Source: Gammaproteobacteria bacterium (GTDB taxonomy: Bacteria > Pseudomonadota > Gammaproteobacteria > SZUA-152). From it: a stretch of DNA of 64,000 nucleotides. The notes under the pieces were generated by a model. The model saw only the letters and a list, made by a program, of their open reading frames with translations, made no database searches and was not told the origin of the DNA. Below are positions 9,401-17,620 of the stretch, one piece after another. The DNA lies in assembly GCA_011321815.1 (NCBI GenBank), contig DROS01000023.1, positions 27,653-91,652 of the forward strand, in the 5' to 3' direction. Position 1 is the stretch's first letter, and the number at the start of each line of letters is the position of its first letter. The translations under genes and the position numbers were made by a program.

Positions 9401-11851
9401 GGGATAGCGGCCCGACAAACCAATAATGGCAACATCACTCACTGATGATCGTGCTGTCGCCTTGTGTGTTTCACTATGTAACCAGACCGAAGCCTTCGCA
9501 GCAGATCGTCGCTCCTTGCTGAGACTCAAACCGGGACTGCGCGCATCAATACGTACGGCGGCATCACGGATGGAACGCGCGGAATAAAATATTACGGGGT
9601 CCCTAAAACCGAGCAATGGTTCCAGGCGGGCAGTCAGCTCAGTAATAACCATAGAATTCAAGCCCAAATCGGTGATAGTCGCATCGGGGTCCAGGTTTTT
9701 CAGAGGGACTTCGCCAATCTCCGACAGATACCGACACAATATTTCAACAATCTCATCTTCCTTTGAGGTCTGTTTTTCCGCAACGGCCAGAATACGGGAG
9801 ACCTGTTCTATATCTGCTCCTGCCCTGGTGATTTCTTCAACCTTTTGCTGTTGAACCCCAATACGTGAAGGTATGTGTTCATCATATTGGTATGCGCCAG
9901 AGCTTACATGGCATTCTTCCATTGTAACCTTGTCCGCCGGGAGAGGTTGCTTTGCGTTGGATATACCGGCGCCACCTGTCTGCTTTAGCGAAGCCCCTGG
10001 CAAAAATAAATCAGGCAGCGGAAAATGCTGCGCGGCGAAGGGATAACCCGGTAAAGGTAACCGCCCTGGATTGGATTCATAGAATGTAGACCAGTCAATA
10101 TCTTCACCGTTGACCCAGGCTGCCGCCAGCCGATCCAGCCTCCCATTGGCAATCCAACGTTGGGTGAGCAGGTTTATTTCCTCTGTTTCCAGAAGGGCTG
10201 TCGCATTGTTGCAAATGCCCCGAAAAAAATTGTTCAACGTATTATCAGCCTCAAGACTGAACGCAGCCATCTGTTCCGCCAATTTCTTAAGATCACTTAC
10301 CACAAAAGCGACCCGGTGAGTCATCGGCACCCTCCCCAGCTGCAAGGTAAAGGCCAGACGCAACAAATCTTCTTCTTTTAATTTCGGCAGGTAATCTATT
10401 AATTCACTGACTCGCGCCTTGAGTTGGCCCTCTGTTTGCGCGGACAATACGATGCAATACGATTGATGGTTTAACCGTGCGGACTTTTCACTGGTAATAT
10501 TTTCGTTGGCTGTAAATTCTTCAACAATCACGTGCGCATTGACCCCACCTGCCCCAAAGGAGCTGACGCCGGCACATCGGGGCATATCGGCATAAGTTTC
10601 CCAGTCCGTGGTCTGGGTGATAAAACGAAACGGTGTTCCTTCAAGATCAATACCGGCATTTTGATTGTGCAGATGCAGGGTCGCAGGCAGGGTTTTGTGC
10701 TGCAATGCAAGAATCACCTTCAATAAACCGGCCATACCTGAAGCAGCCTCGGCATGCCCGATATTGCTTTTGACTGAACCAATACCGCAATGCGCCACCT
10801 CAGAAGCATCAAGGTTTTTCTGTTGATAAAGCGTAGAGAAAGCTTCCTTTAATGCGGTAATTTCCACAGAATCGTCCGAAGCACTGCTTGCACCATGGGC
10901 TTCGATATAACCAATTGCACGTGGGTCCACATCCGCCTTTTTATAAGTGTCCAGCAGAAGTTGTATTTGAGCTCTGGAATTCGGCACGGCAAGTGATGCA
11001 CTGTTACCGCTGTGGTTAACACGGCTGCCCCGGATTATCGCATGAATATGGTCACCGTTACGCTCTGCCTCAGCAAGCGGTTTAAGATACATGGCCCCAA
11101 ACCCTTCTGCGCGCACGTAACCATTGGCATCTTCATCAAATGCCTTACAACAACCATCAGGGGATAACACACCGGCACGACTGAATGATGTATGGCAAGT
11201 CGGCATCAGCAACGCATTTACACCACCAACAATAGCCGCATCACAATAACCGTTGTAAATGGCTTGCAACGCATGATCCACGGCCACCAGAGAACTGGAA
11301 CATGCCGTATCCACCGGTTCACTGGGGCCAAGCAGATCAAAAAAACTGGAAATACGGTTGGCCAGCATGGAAAAAGCATTGCCTGTTGAGGTGTACTCCA
11401 GCACATCCGTATCACTCATGCCCAGACGTTCAGCATAATCATGGTTTGTTACTCCGACAAACACACCTGTACGTGATCCGGAAATATCACAGGGACGAAT
11501 ACCGGCATTTTCCAGACAGTTCCACACCGTCTCCAGGCATTTACGATGCTGAGGGTCCATCAGCGCTGCTTCGTGTGATGAAATATGAAAAAAATCGGCA
11601 TCGAAGCTCTCAATACCGTCGACAAAACCACCCCAGCGTGTGGCTGTTTCATTTTGTATATCACTGGTATAGTTACGCCAATCCCAACGTTCAGTGGGAA
11701 TTTCAGTGATAACATTTCGCCCTTCCATGAGGTTCTGCCAAAAGACTTCAAGATCAGGCGCACCAGGAAATTGACCGCTTATTCCAACGATGGCAATAGC
11801 AGAATTTGTACATCCTGTTACTTTTTTTACGGTTTGTTTTGGCGCAGACAC
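6410..11851 (-). CDS. trans-AT PKS3: KS5(degenerate)-ACP-KS6-ACP-TE (alpha/beta hydrolase)
   Basis: KS5 has DTACSS / EAHGASSASDD / NIGHAE. ACP GLNSM. KS6 has DCACSS / HGTGT / NIGHLE. ACP GIDSI. Hydrolase has GWSLG and a C-terminal GHH. No AT, KR or DH. Confidence 0.92.
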   Translation of the reverse strand: MSAPKQTVKKVTGCTNSAIAIVGISGQFPGAPDLEVFWQNLMEGRNVITEIPTERWDWRNYTSDIQNETATRWGGFVDGIESFDADFFHISSHEAALMDPQHRKCLETVWNCLENAGIRPCDISGSRTGVFVGVTNHDYAERLGMSDTDVLEYTSTGNAFSMLANRISSFFDLLGPSEPVDTACSSSLVAVDHALQAIYNGYCDAAIVGGVNALLMPTCHTSFSRAGVLSPDGCCKAFDEDANGYVRAEGFGAMYLKPLAEAERNGDHIHAIIRGSRVNHSGNSASLAVPNSRAQIQLLLDTYKKADVDPRAIGYIEAHGASSASDDSVEITALKEAFSTLYQQKNLDASEVAHCGIGSVKSNIGHAEAASGMAGLLKVILALQHKTLPATLHLHNQNAGIDLEGTPFRFITQTTDWETYADMPRCAGVSSFGAGGVNAHVIVEEFTANENITSEKSARLNHQSYCIVLSAQTEGQLKARVSELIDYLPKLKEEDLLRLAFTLQLGRVPMTHRVAFVVSDLKKLAEQMAAFSLEADNTLNNFFRGICNNATALLETEEINLLTQRWIANGRLDRLAAAWVNGEDIDWSTFYESNPGRLPLPGYPFAAQHFPLPDLFLPGASLKQTGGAGISNAKQPLPADKVTMEECHVSSGAYQYDEHIPSRIGVQQQKVEEITRAGADIEQVSRILAVAEKQTSKEDEIVEILCRYLSEIGEVPLKNLDPDATITDLGLNSMVITELTARLEPLLGFRDPVIFYSARSIRDAAVRIDARSPGLSLSKERRSAAKASVWLHSETHKATARSSVSDVAIIGLSGRYPQAENVLQFAELLAEGRDCIEAVPDTHRAAGDELRWGGFLSQPMNFDYGQFNMSFRDALMTHPEERLLLQETWRCFESAGYNPVQWVGGKGSNVGVYIGASFHEYSELVAESNRCKGDMLPYSSQIFSYANRLSYFFNLTGPSIAIDCACSSSLYAIADAYNAIRFGLCEMALAGGVNLNLHRSKYEFLSDKNALSKDGRCRAFAEGGTGYVPSEGVGMVLLKSLECAEEDGDNVLAVIKGVAAGNDGRTQGFTVPNPDAQRDTIRKAFDAAGVSPQSISFVECHGTGTSLGDPIEMSALSEAFGKNVPPEGCPISSLKSNIGHLEAAAGIAQITKVILQLKSQQYFPNVMHHENLNPNIDFSRIPFKVQKELAPWPVSESQPVRRAGISSFGAGGTNVHLILEQAPESFQVTEPDYESGFKYIIPFSAATPEQLVDMVRVTYQYIRSEQALLNTALNVRNIAATLQCGRSAGRYRFALICDDSMDVLLTRLKVYLEGCIDSTMISGEEQETGHSELMGMGVSITELLAVAKNWVVGKVKGFQHDPKAKRAYLPGYIFRPDLVSPVTEGKNSMVDVSVTDTAPDQAIAAPDISALDIASTDTLTRVRDTLKRVLGALPEVYTDKTLFGDLGIDSIMGTKIHTELCRFYPTLDMFALFEFNTSTLLSSHLDTLATINGQAAPESSVDDNPPTPEKEDVGDIGALEFGETLAPIKRYVDAYHNSSGVTHKIMTENVSVNGVRIECLVCGEGPTVILLPPFNSSAVIWIRQLQGLSGKYRIIVPHYPGLSGSDWVDGLDNFEQLAGILTGVIDELVTRQIIQNKKNHWVGWSLGGFVAQTICKHYPQYVDKLVLISTTTISWSSEEYTISAEDFSIKCAEEFEENFQKLPGFLRKMPEIKAFRKEGHIERFVWCTTNRRILDSYFMMIARFRHVESAEHVRARTLLISGGDDVLMPPKFARELSEKIPDAEYHEIKNGHHFLSLFHYKKINKLLSQWFSD

Positions 11852-11910
11852 TGATTTTTCCTCTTAAGGTTGCACAGGGGTGGGGTTAACTGCCGACACT
11901 CATCTTTTCT

Positions 11911-13050
11911 TCACTCATTGACCGGCTGCACATCGCCAAGATCAAAATATCCCTTATAACCCTGCATATAAATTGTTGCTTTTCGACCAAATAATGCAAT
12001 AGCCTGTGTTCGTGTTTCCAACACATCATCGTGATTTTTAACGGATACCCTGGTTCCCACAGGATAAGCGGCATTCCAGGCGGCAATCGTTTCCGCTGTA
12101 TTTTTAACCCCGGATTCGCTGTGACTGGTAACATCACCCTGAATGGCTTTCGCCTCTGGATCTTTTGCGGCAGATGCATCAGGCACAATTTCTGTATTAC
12201 TCTGGCCAAACTGTGTCTGTATTTTCTCAACAAGTGCAGTCAATACATGACCGGCACCTGTTTCCTCAAACTCCGTCACTCCCTGCTCAAGCATATAAGA
12301 AACACTGTCCAACCATTTAACTGGCCGGATAATCTGGGATGTCAGGTTTTCAATAATTTTTTCCTGTCGGTAAGGTTTTGCATGAACATTGGAAATAACA
12401 TCAATGGTTAAAGGGGAAAATTCAAAACGGCGAACATATTTCTTAAATTCAACCGCAGACGATTTCATATACCGGGAATGAAAAGCACCACTGGTATTTA
12501 GCGGAATGAACTTTATCCCATCTTCCGTAAAAATAGATTGCGCCCTGTTAATATCCTCTTCCAATCCCGAAATAACCGTTTGGTCATAGGAATTATGATT
12601 TGCAATATCTACCGTGGATAAATCATTGTTCTTCAGTAATTGGCTTATTTTCTTTTTGGTAGACCCCAAAATTGCAGCCATTGCACCTTTCGGCGCCAGG
12701 CTCATCAGCTCACCTCTCCTTTTAACCAGCTTCAATCCATCTTCAAAACTGATAGCGCCTGATGCCTGGAGTGCGTTATATTCACCGAGACTGTGGCCTG
12801 CCAAAAATTCCGGAAGATGTCCCGTTTTTTCGATTTTGTCCAGATAAGACATCGCACTGACCACATATAGTGCAGGTTGTGTGTACTGCGTAAAACCCAG
12901 TTGACGATCAGGGTCCTTAAGACACAGCTCCACAATTGAATACCCTAATATGTCATCGGCCGTTTGAACCATATCAGCATATTTTTCAAAAAGGTCTGCG
13001 CCCATTCCTTTATACTGAGATCCCTGACCAGGAAATATATAAGCTTTCAT
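11911..13050 (-). CDS. trans-acting malonyl-CoA:ACP acyltransferase with a C-terminal extension of about 100 aa
   Basis: FPGQGSQ, GHSLGEY, AFHS (malonyl-type). The AT is followed by a low-complexity linker and a small extra domain. Confidence 0.93.
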   Translation of the reverse strand: MKAYIFPGQGSQYKGMGADLFEKYADMVQTADDILGYSIVELCLKDPDRQLGFTQYTQPALYVVSAMSYLDKIEKTGHLPEFLAGHSLGEYNALQASGAISFEDGLKLVKRRGELMSLAPKGAMAAILGSTKKKISQLLKNNDLSTVDIANHNSYDQTVISGLEEDINRAQSIFTEDGIKFIPLNTSGAFHSRYMKSSAVEFKKYVRRFEFSPLTIDVISNVHAKPYRQEKIIENLTSQIIRPVKWLDSVSYMLEQGVTEFEETGAGHVLTALVEKIQTQFGQSNTEIVPDASAAKDPEAKAIQGDVTSHSESGVKNTAETIAAWNAAYPVGTRVSVKNHDDVLETRTQAIALFGRKATIYMQGYKGYFDLGDVQPVNE

Positions 13051-13154
13051 ATTTAAACCCTCCTTAATTCATTATGAAACGTTGTTTCCCTGAAAGATCC
13101 TGCTGCAATACCGGCTAAGGGATAAAAATCATCCAATGTGATGAAACACTATAA

Positions 13155-13904
13155 TTAACGACCAAATAACGCATTGATTTTTTCTCTTACTTCCGTATGT
13201 GAAAATGTCTTTTGATGCATAATCACCTCTTTCCTGACTATTTCCGGGAGATCATCACGCAAAGAAGAAACCAGATGATCTTTTAATATAATCAGTGAGT
13301 CTCTGGGTTTTTCAGCAAGCTCGGATGCTAACCGAAGTGCATCAGCCAGAACATCTTTTCTGGGTAGGACAGGAAACGGCACGCCGCGATTTTTAAGTTC
13401 TTCGCCGCGATATCTTGCGGCATTCATTAACATCTCATTAGCAAGACTGAAACCCAGTTTTTTTGGTAAAATATACGTGGCGCCCATTCCTGGTGTAAAA
13501 CCATATTTCATGAAATTTGTGGTATAAACACTTTCACGGCTTAAAATAACAAAGTCACAGAACAATCCCATTACAAACCCGCCACCGATTCCATGCCCCT
13601 GCATCGCAGCAATAACAGGAACCGGACATTCCAAGGCGAGCGAAAATATATCAATATCAGTAAATTTTATATTTCCCGCTTGCAGCAGCAATAACTCTTC
13701 CTGTGTGCCACCCGAAGAAAAATAACTGTCATATCCAGTCAGAATTACAACTTTTACAGTTTCATTCCTGCCAATGGACTCAAAAGATTCGATGAGACCG
13801 GAGATCAACTCTTTTGAAAACGTGTTTTTATGCAACCTGTCCTGCATGGTTATCTGGACAATTTGCGGATTAATTTCACGCAATTCAATGACTGATTCTT
13901 CCAA
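13155..13904 (-). CDS. Enoyl-CoA hydratase-like decarboxylase (PksI/ECH2-like)
   Basis: KNTFS...GYDSYFSSGG...GHGIGGG...YGFTPGMGAT...HQKTF, as in PksI-type proteins; position in the cassette. Confidence 0.9.
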   Translation of the reverse strand: MEESVIELREINPQIVQITMQDRLHKNTFSKELISGLIESFESIGRNETVKVVILTGYDSYFSSGGTQEELLLLQAGNIKFTDIDIFSLALECPVPVIAAMQGHGIGGGFVMGLFCDFVILSRESVYTTNFMKYGFTPGMGATYILPKKLGFSLANEMLMNAARYRGEELKNRGVPFPVLPRKDVLADALRLASELAEKPRDSLIILKDHLVSSLRDDLPEIVRKEVIMHQKTFSHTEVREKINALFGR

Positions 13905-13951
13905 GACATATCTCCAATAGGTTATTCTAACTTATGATTCAGGACAAAATA

Positions 13952-14722
13952 TTATACTTCCCAGGGGAATTTTCCGGTTTTCACATAACGGCTGATTTTC
14001 TCTCTGTTATCAATATCCGAAAACATTTCACTGTTTGCCCGAACCGCCTGGGATTTTTCCCGGACAATTAAGTTGTTCAAAGACAGCATATAGGTTTTAT
14101 ATTTGGCGACACTGGGTTTTGAAATACGCCGGAGCCTAAGCAGGTGCTTCCGTAATAATGAAACACTGTCCGCATCATAAGCATCGACCAATCCCCAGGA
14201 AAATGCCTGTTGTACCGATATCGGCTTGTTAAGCAATGTCATATAATGCGCCTTGCCATGTCCAATACGACGAATTAAAAATGGTAATACGCATGCAGGA
14301 AATAAACCGAATAGTAATTCCGATAAACTGAATGAGGCAGTTTCATCCGCAAGCACTATGTCACAAGCAGAGACAAAACCAACGCCACCTGCGTTAACCT
14401 TCCCCCGTACATGCGCAATGGTAATGTAAGGTCCTGCAACCAGCTCAGTCCAAAGATCATACAATGGCTCCGGGTCCTGCGCGTCCACATCACCAGCCCC
14501 CTCTGCCATGCCCTGCTCGATATCCCGAAAATCCGCCCCAAAACAAAATACCTCAGGCAGTCCTTCCAATACGACAATACTGCAGTCCGGGCCATACAAT
14601 TTAAGTGCATGATGACATTCGCGGATCAACTGATCATTTATGGTATTACCCGCTTCAGGACGATATAACTTCAGATAACAAACGGGGGCTTCCATTTTTA
14701 CCTTTATTGTTTGATAACTCAT
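13952..14722 (-). CDS. Enoyl-CoA hydratase-like dehydratase (PksH/ECH1-like)
   Basis: YQTIKV...FCFGADF...NAGGVGFV...LSELLFGLFPACV. ATG 14722 overlaps the HCS stop (ATGA). Confidence 0.9.
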   Translation of the reverse strand: MSYQTIKVKMEAPVCYLKLYRPEAGNTINDQLIRECHHALKLYGPDCSIVVLEGLPEVFCFGADFRDIEQGMAEGAGDVDAQDPEPLYDLWTELVAGPYITIAHVRGKVNAGGVGFVSACDIVLADETASFSLSELLFGLFPACVLPFLIRRIGHGKAHYMTLLNKPISVQQAFSWGLVDAYDADSVSLLRKHLLRLRRISKPSVAKYKTYMLSLNNLIVREKSQAVRANSEMFSDIDNREKISRYVKTGKFPWEV

Positions 14723-15978
14723 TGTGACCACTCATACAAACGATGATATTCTTTAATTTCCTTTAAAAACAAACGGGGCATATCTGATGAATTCCGAACG
14801 CCGTCAAGAAACCCCGTATCCAGCTTTACATTTCGTGTGCCAAAACGAACGGTGGTACTTTCCTTGATCAAGGCATCATATTCGTCCATTGACAATGGAT
14901 ACCGCTGATCCAACTTATCCGCAATATTGAATTGTTTCAGATACTCCTGGCTTTCTGCTGTCACGACGCCACTGAAAAACTCAGAACAACAACCAGACCC
15001 GTATGAAAAACACCCGACTCTTTTCGGGGAATAAAATTCGCCATGTTCGATGGTGCTGACCAAAGAAAGGGCGGTGGTCGCCCCCATAATGTTACCAACC
15101 CGCTGGCAATAGATAAGTCCTGGAAACACCCTTTCTTCAAAATCTGACTCAATAACATCGGCTTTTGCCTTGAGCATTTTACGCATCATGGTTCTATGGG
15201 CTCCTTTTATCATTCCTCCAAAAGGCGTATGAAAAGCAAGATAGGAAAAACTCTCCAGATAATTCGCATCGGGGACACGTTTTTGATATTCGGAAAAAGA
15301 CTGTTGCAAACAATCCAGATAAGATAATAAAGACAGATCAGAATCACCTGCCTCACTATCCGCCACTGGCCGACAAGTATCCATAACCTCAAATCCATAA
15401 TACCCATTGGCGCCAACATCCACCTGAAATATATAAGGACGGTCACTCACCAGCATCGCCGCGGCACCAGCACCGGAACTGGGTTCTGCGAAAGACCAGC
15501 CTTCAGACAACACACCTCCGCCTTCCGCCACCAGAAATCTTGAGATATCCGTCGCAATCACCAAAACTTTGGCGCCCGGCGATACCTGGGACAATACAAA
15601 ATTTATTCCTACCTGTAATCCTGTTGTTCCTGAATAACATGCGCTTTTAATTTCAAACAGCCGGCAATTCCGGTTTAACCCTAAATAATCATGCATATAG
15701 GAACTCATTGATTTCCCAAAATCAAATGATGATTCCGTACACGTAATAAGCATTTCTATTCGATCTTTTTCACTATCACTTAATGCATCTATAATTGGTT
15801 TTGCCGCATTGACACCCAATGAAACAGGATCTTCATAAGGCAAAGCCACGGATTTTTCTTTCATCAGCAAATTGTCAAACCGTGTTTTATCCAGACCACG
15901 ATGGCTCGCTAACTGGTCAACATCCAAATAAGCGCTACCGCCAAAAATATTCAGCATTTCAATTCCGACCAGTTGCAT
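14719..15978 (-). CDS. HMG-CoA synthase-like beta-branching enzyme (PksG/HCS-like)
   Basis: EDPVSLGVNAA, active-site SACYSGT, FHTPF, FSYGSGCCSEF. Confidence 0.95.
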   Translation of the reverse strand: MQLVGIEMLNIFGGSAYLDVDQLASHRGLDKTRFDNLLMKEKSVALPYEDPVSLGVNAAKPIIDALSDSEKDRIEMLITCTESSFDFGKSMSSYMHDYLGLNRNCRLFEIKSACYSGTTGLQVGINFVLSQVSPGAKVLVIATDISRFLVAEGGGVLSEGWSFAEPSSGAGAAAMLVSDRPYIFQVDVGANGYYGFEVMDTCRPVADSEAGDSDLSLLSYLDCLQQSFSEYQKRVPDANYLESFSYLAFHTPFGGMIKGAHRTMMRKMLKAKADVIESDFEERVFPGLIYCQRVGNIMGATTALSLVSTIEHGEFYSPKRVGCFSYGSGCCSEFFSGVVTAESQEYLKQFNIADKLDQRYPLSMDEYDALIKESTTVRFGTRNVKLDTGFLDGVRNSSDMPRLFLKEIKEYHRLYEWSQ

Positions 15979-16033
15979 ATAACTATCCTTTTACTCTGAT
16001 TATATTTTTAAAATATCACACGTATTTTTATAA

Positions 16034-17317
16034 TTAACGATGATTTTGAAAAACAATACTGGAATTAATTCCACCAAACCCAAACGAATTACTCATTGCA
16101 AGCTCGATATTATCCCTCTCAAATGTTGCCCCACTAAAACGAAGGTCTTGATCAATGGGGTTATCCAGATTCCGGTTAGGGTGAATAAACCCACCTTCCA
16201 TTTGCAGAACCGATGCAATGAATTCCACAACCCCTGCTGAATATAAACAATGACCAGTCAACCCCTTGGTTGAATTGACCCACAACTCTGACACATGATG
16301 TTTAAAAACACGCTTGATTGCCTCCACTTCAGTAGAGTCGCCCAGCGGTGATGAACTGCCATGTGCATTCAAATAATCAATTTCATGTGCCGAAACCCCC
16401 GCTCTGCGCAGCGCCCTATTCATCGCAGCAGCTTCCCCTGCAACATTGGGCTCAGAGGTACTGACACCATCAAGCTTCAGGGCACAACCCAGTACCTTTG
16501 ATCGTATCACCGCCCCTTTGGACTCAGCCACATCACAAGATTGTAAAATCACGCAAGCGCTCGCCTGACCATATACAAAACCAGCATGCTCAGCATCAAA
16601 GGGACGTGAGGCCTGGTCCGGTGATTGAAACTTATTTTTCCCGACCATTGCGCCAATATTGACAAACCCCTGCAACTCAATCGGTGATAAATCCGCCACG
16701 ATGCCTGTGACAAGGCAAGTATCCACAAAACCGGATTGAATCAGCTGCACCGCCTTTATAAGACCGACATTACCACTCGCCGAGGCACCACCAACCACAA
16801 ATCCCTCTCCTTCAATATTAAATATTTCACTGAGTACACCAACCTGATGACTGTCCAGAAATTGAAGCGCATACCTTGGTGACAAATATTCCGGGTCGGT
16901 TGCAAAACCTGCATGCAACCCATAACGATAATTTTGAGTTGTACTCTCTCCAGCAACAATGACTCCCAACCGTTCAGGGTCATTTTTCTGGGAAAACATG
17001 CGGGAATCCTGCCATGCTTCCAGCGCTGACAATACTGACGCCTGTACTGGAAAAGGTGATCGTCGTGCACAACTTTTCGCTTTTTGTAAAAGTTCTTCGG
17101 GAAGATCAGGATAACTGGCAAGGCCATCATTAAATGAAAACCCATTTATTTCAGCACCAATATCCACAGATAATTCTGGCCCTTCTCTTCCGGCCAACCG
17201 GGTGATACCCGAGGTACCATTTTTAAGTGACCGCGTGAAACTCGAAATATTGCCCCCGATAGAAGACACTATTCCCATACCGACAACAGCAACTTTTTTG
17301 CCTGACTCCTTTACCAT
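16034..17317 (-). CDS. Free-standing decarboxylating ketosynthase (PksF-like)
   Basis: Active Cys replaced by Ser (GASASGN); NAHGSSS, GHCL and SNSFGFGG retained. Confidence 0.92.
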   Translation of the reverse strand: MVKESGKKVAVVGMGIVSSIGGNISSFTRSLKNGTSGITRLAGREGPELSVDIGAEINGFSFNDGLASYPDLPEELLQKAKSCARRSPFPVQASVLSALEAWQDSRMFSQKNDPERLGVIVAGESTTQNYRYGLHAGFATDPEYLSPRYALQFLDSHQVGVLSEIFNIEGEGFVVGGASASGNVGLIKAVQLIQSGFVDTCLVTGIVADLSPIELQGFVNIGAMVGKNKFQSPDQASRPFDAEHAGFVYGQASACVILQSCDVAESKGAVIRSKVLGCALKLDGVSTSEPNVAGEAAAMNRALRRAGVSAHEIDYLNAHGSSSPLGDSTEVEAIKRVFKHHVSELWVNSTKGLTGHCLYSAGVVEFIASVLQMEGGFIHPNRNLDNPIDQDLRFSGATFERDNIELAMSNSFGFGGINSSIVFQNHR

Positions 17318-17360
17318 CCCATTTCCTTGCAATTACGTGATAATTACGGCTATTTGTAAT

Positions 17361-17600
17361 TCAGGTGTTATCAACCAAAACATCGACCATTTCTTCAATA
17401 TTTTCCACACCCCCAAAACTGACCAGCGGTAACTTTATCCCCAACCGCTCCATTGATAACATTACTATCTCTGTACGATCAATTGAGTTGGCACCCAGCG
17501 ATTTAAGGTTTTGTTCAATCTTTACACCATCAGAATCGACATCAGGCAATACCTCTGAAATCACATCTTTTACAATCAGAAATACATTTTTCTTTTCCAA
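17361..17600 (-). CDS. Donor ACP of the beta-branching cassette (AcpK-like)
   Basis: LGANSIDR signature. TTG start at 17600 after a GGGAG RBS gives 79 aa. Confidence 0.9.
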   Translation of the reverse strand: MEKKNVFLIVKDVISEVLPDVDSDGVKIEQNLKSLGANSIDRTEIVMLSMERLGIKLPLVSFGGVENIEEMVDVLVDNT

Positions 17601-17620
17601 AATCAACTCTCCCTTATTAA

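Noticed and set aside
16034-17600. Free-standing KS + ACP as a type II PKS or FAS
   Set aside because: The KS has Cys replaced by Ser, the ACP has GANS, and both sit with HCS/ECH/ECH: a standard beta-branching cassette.
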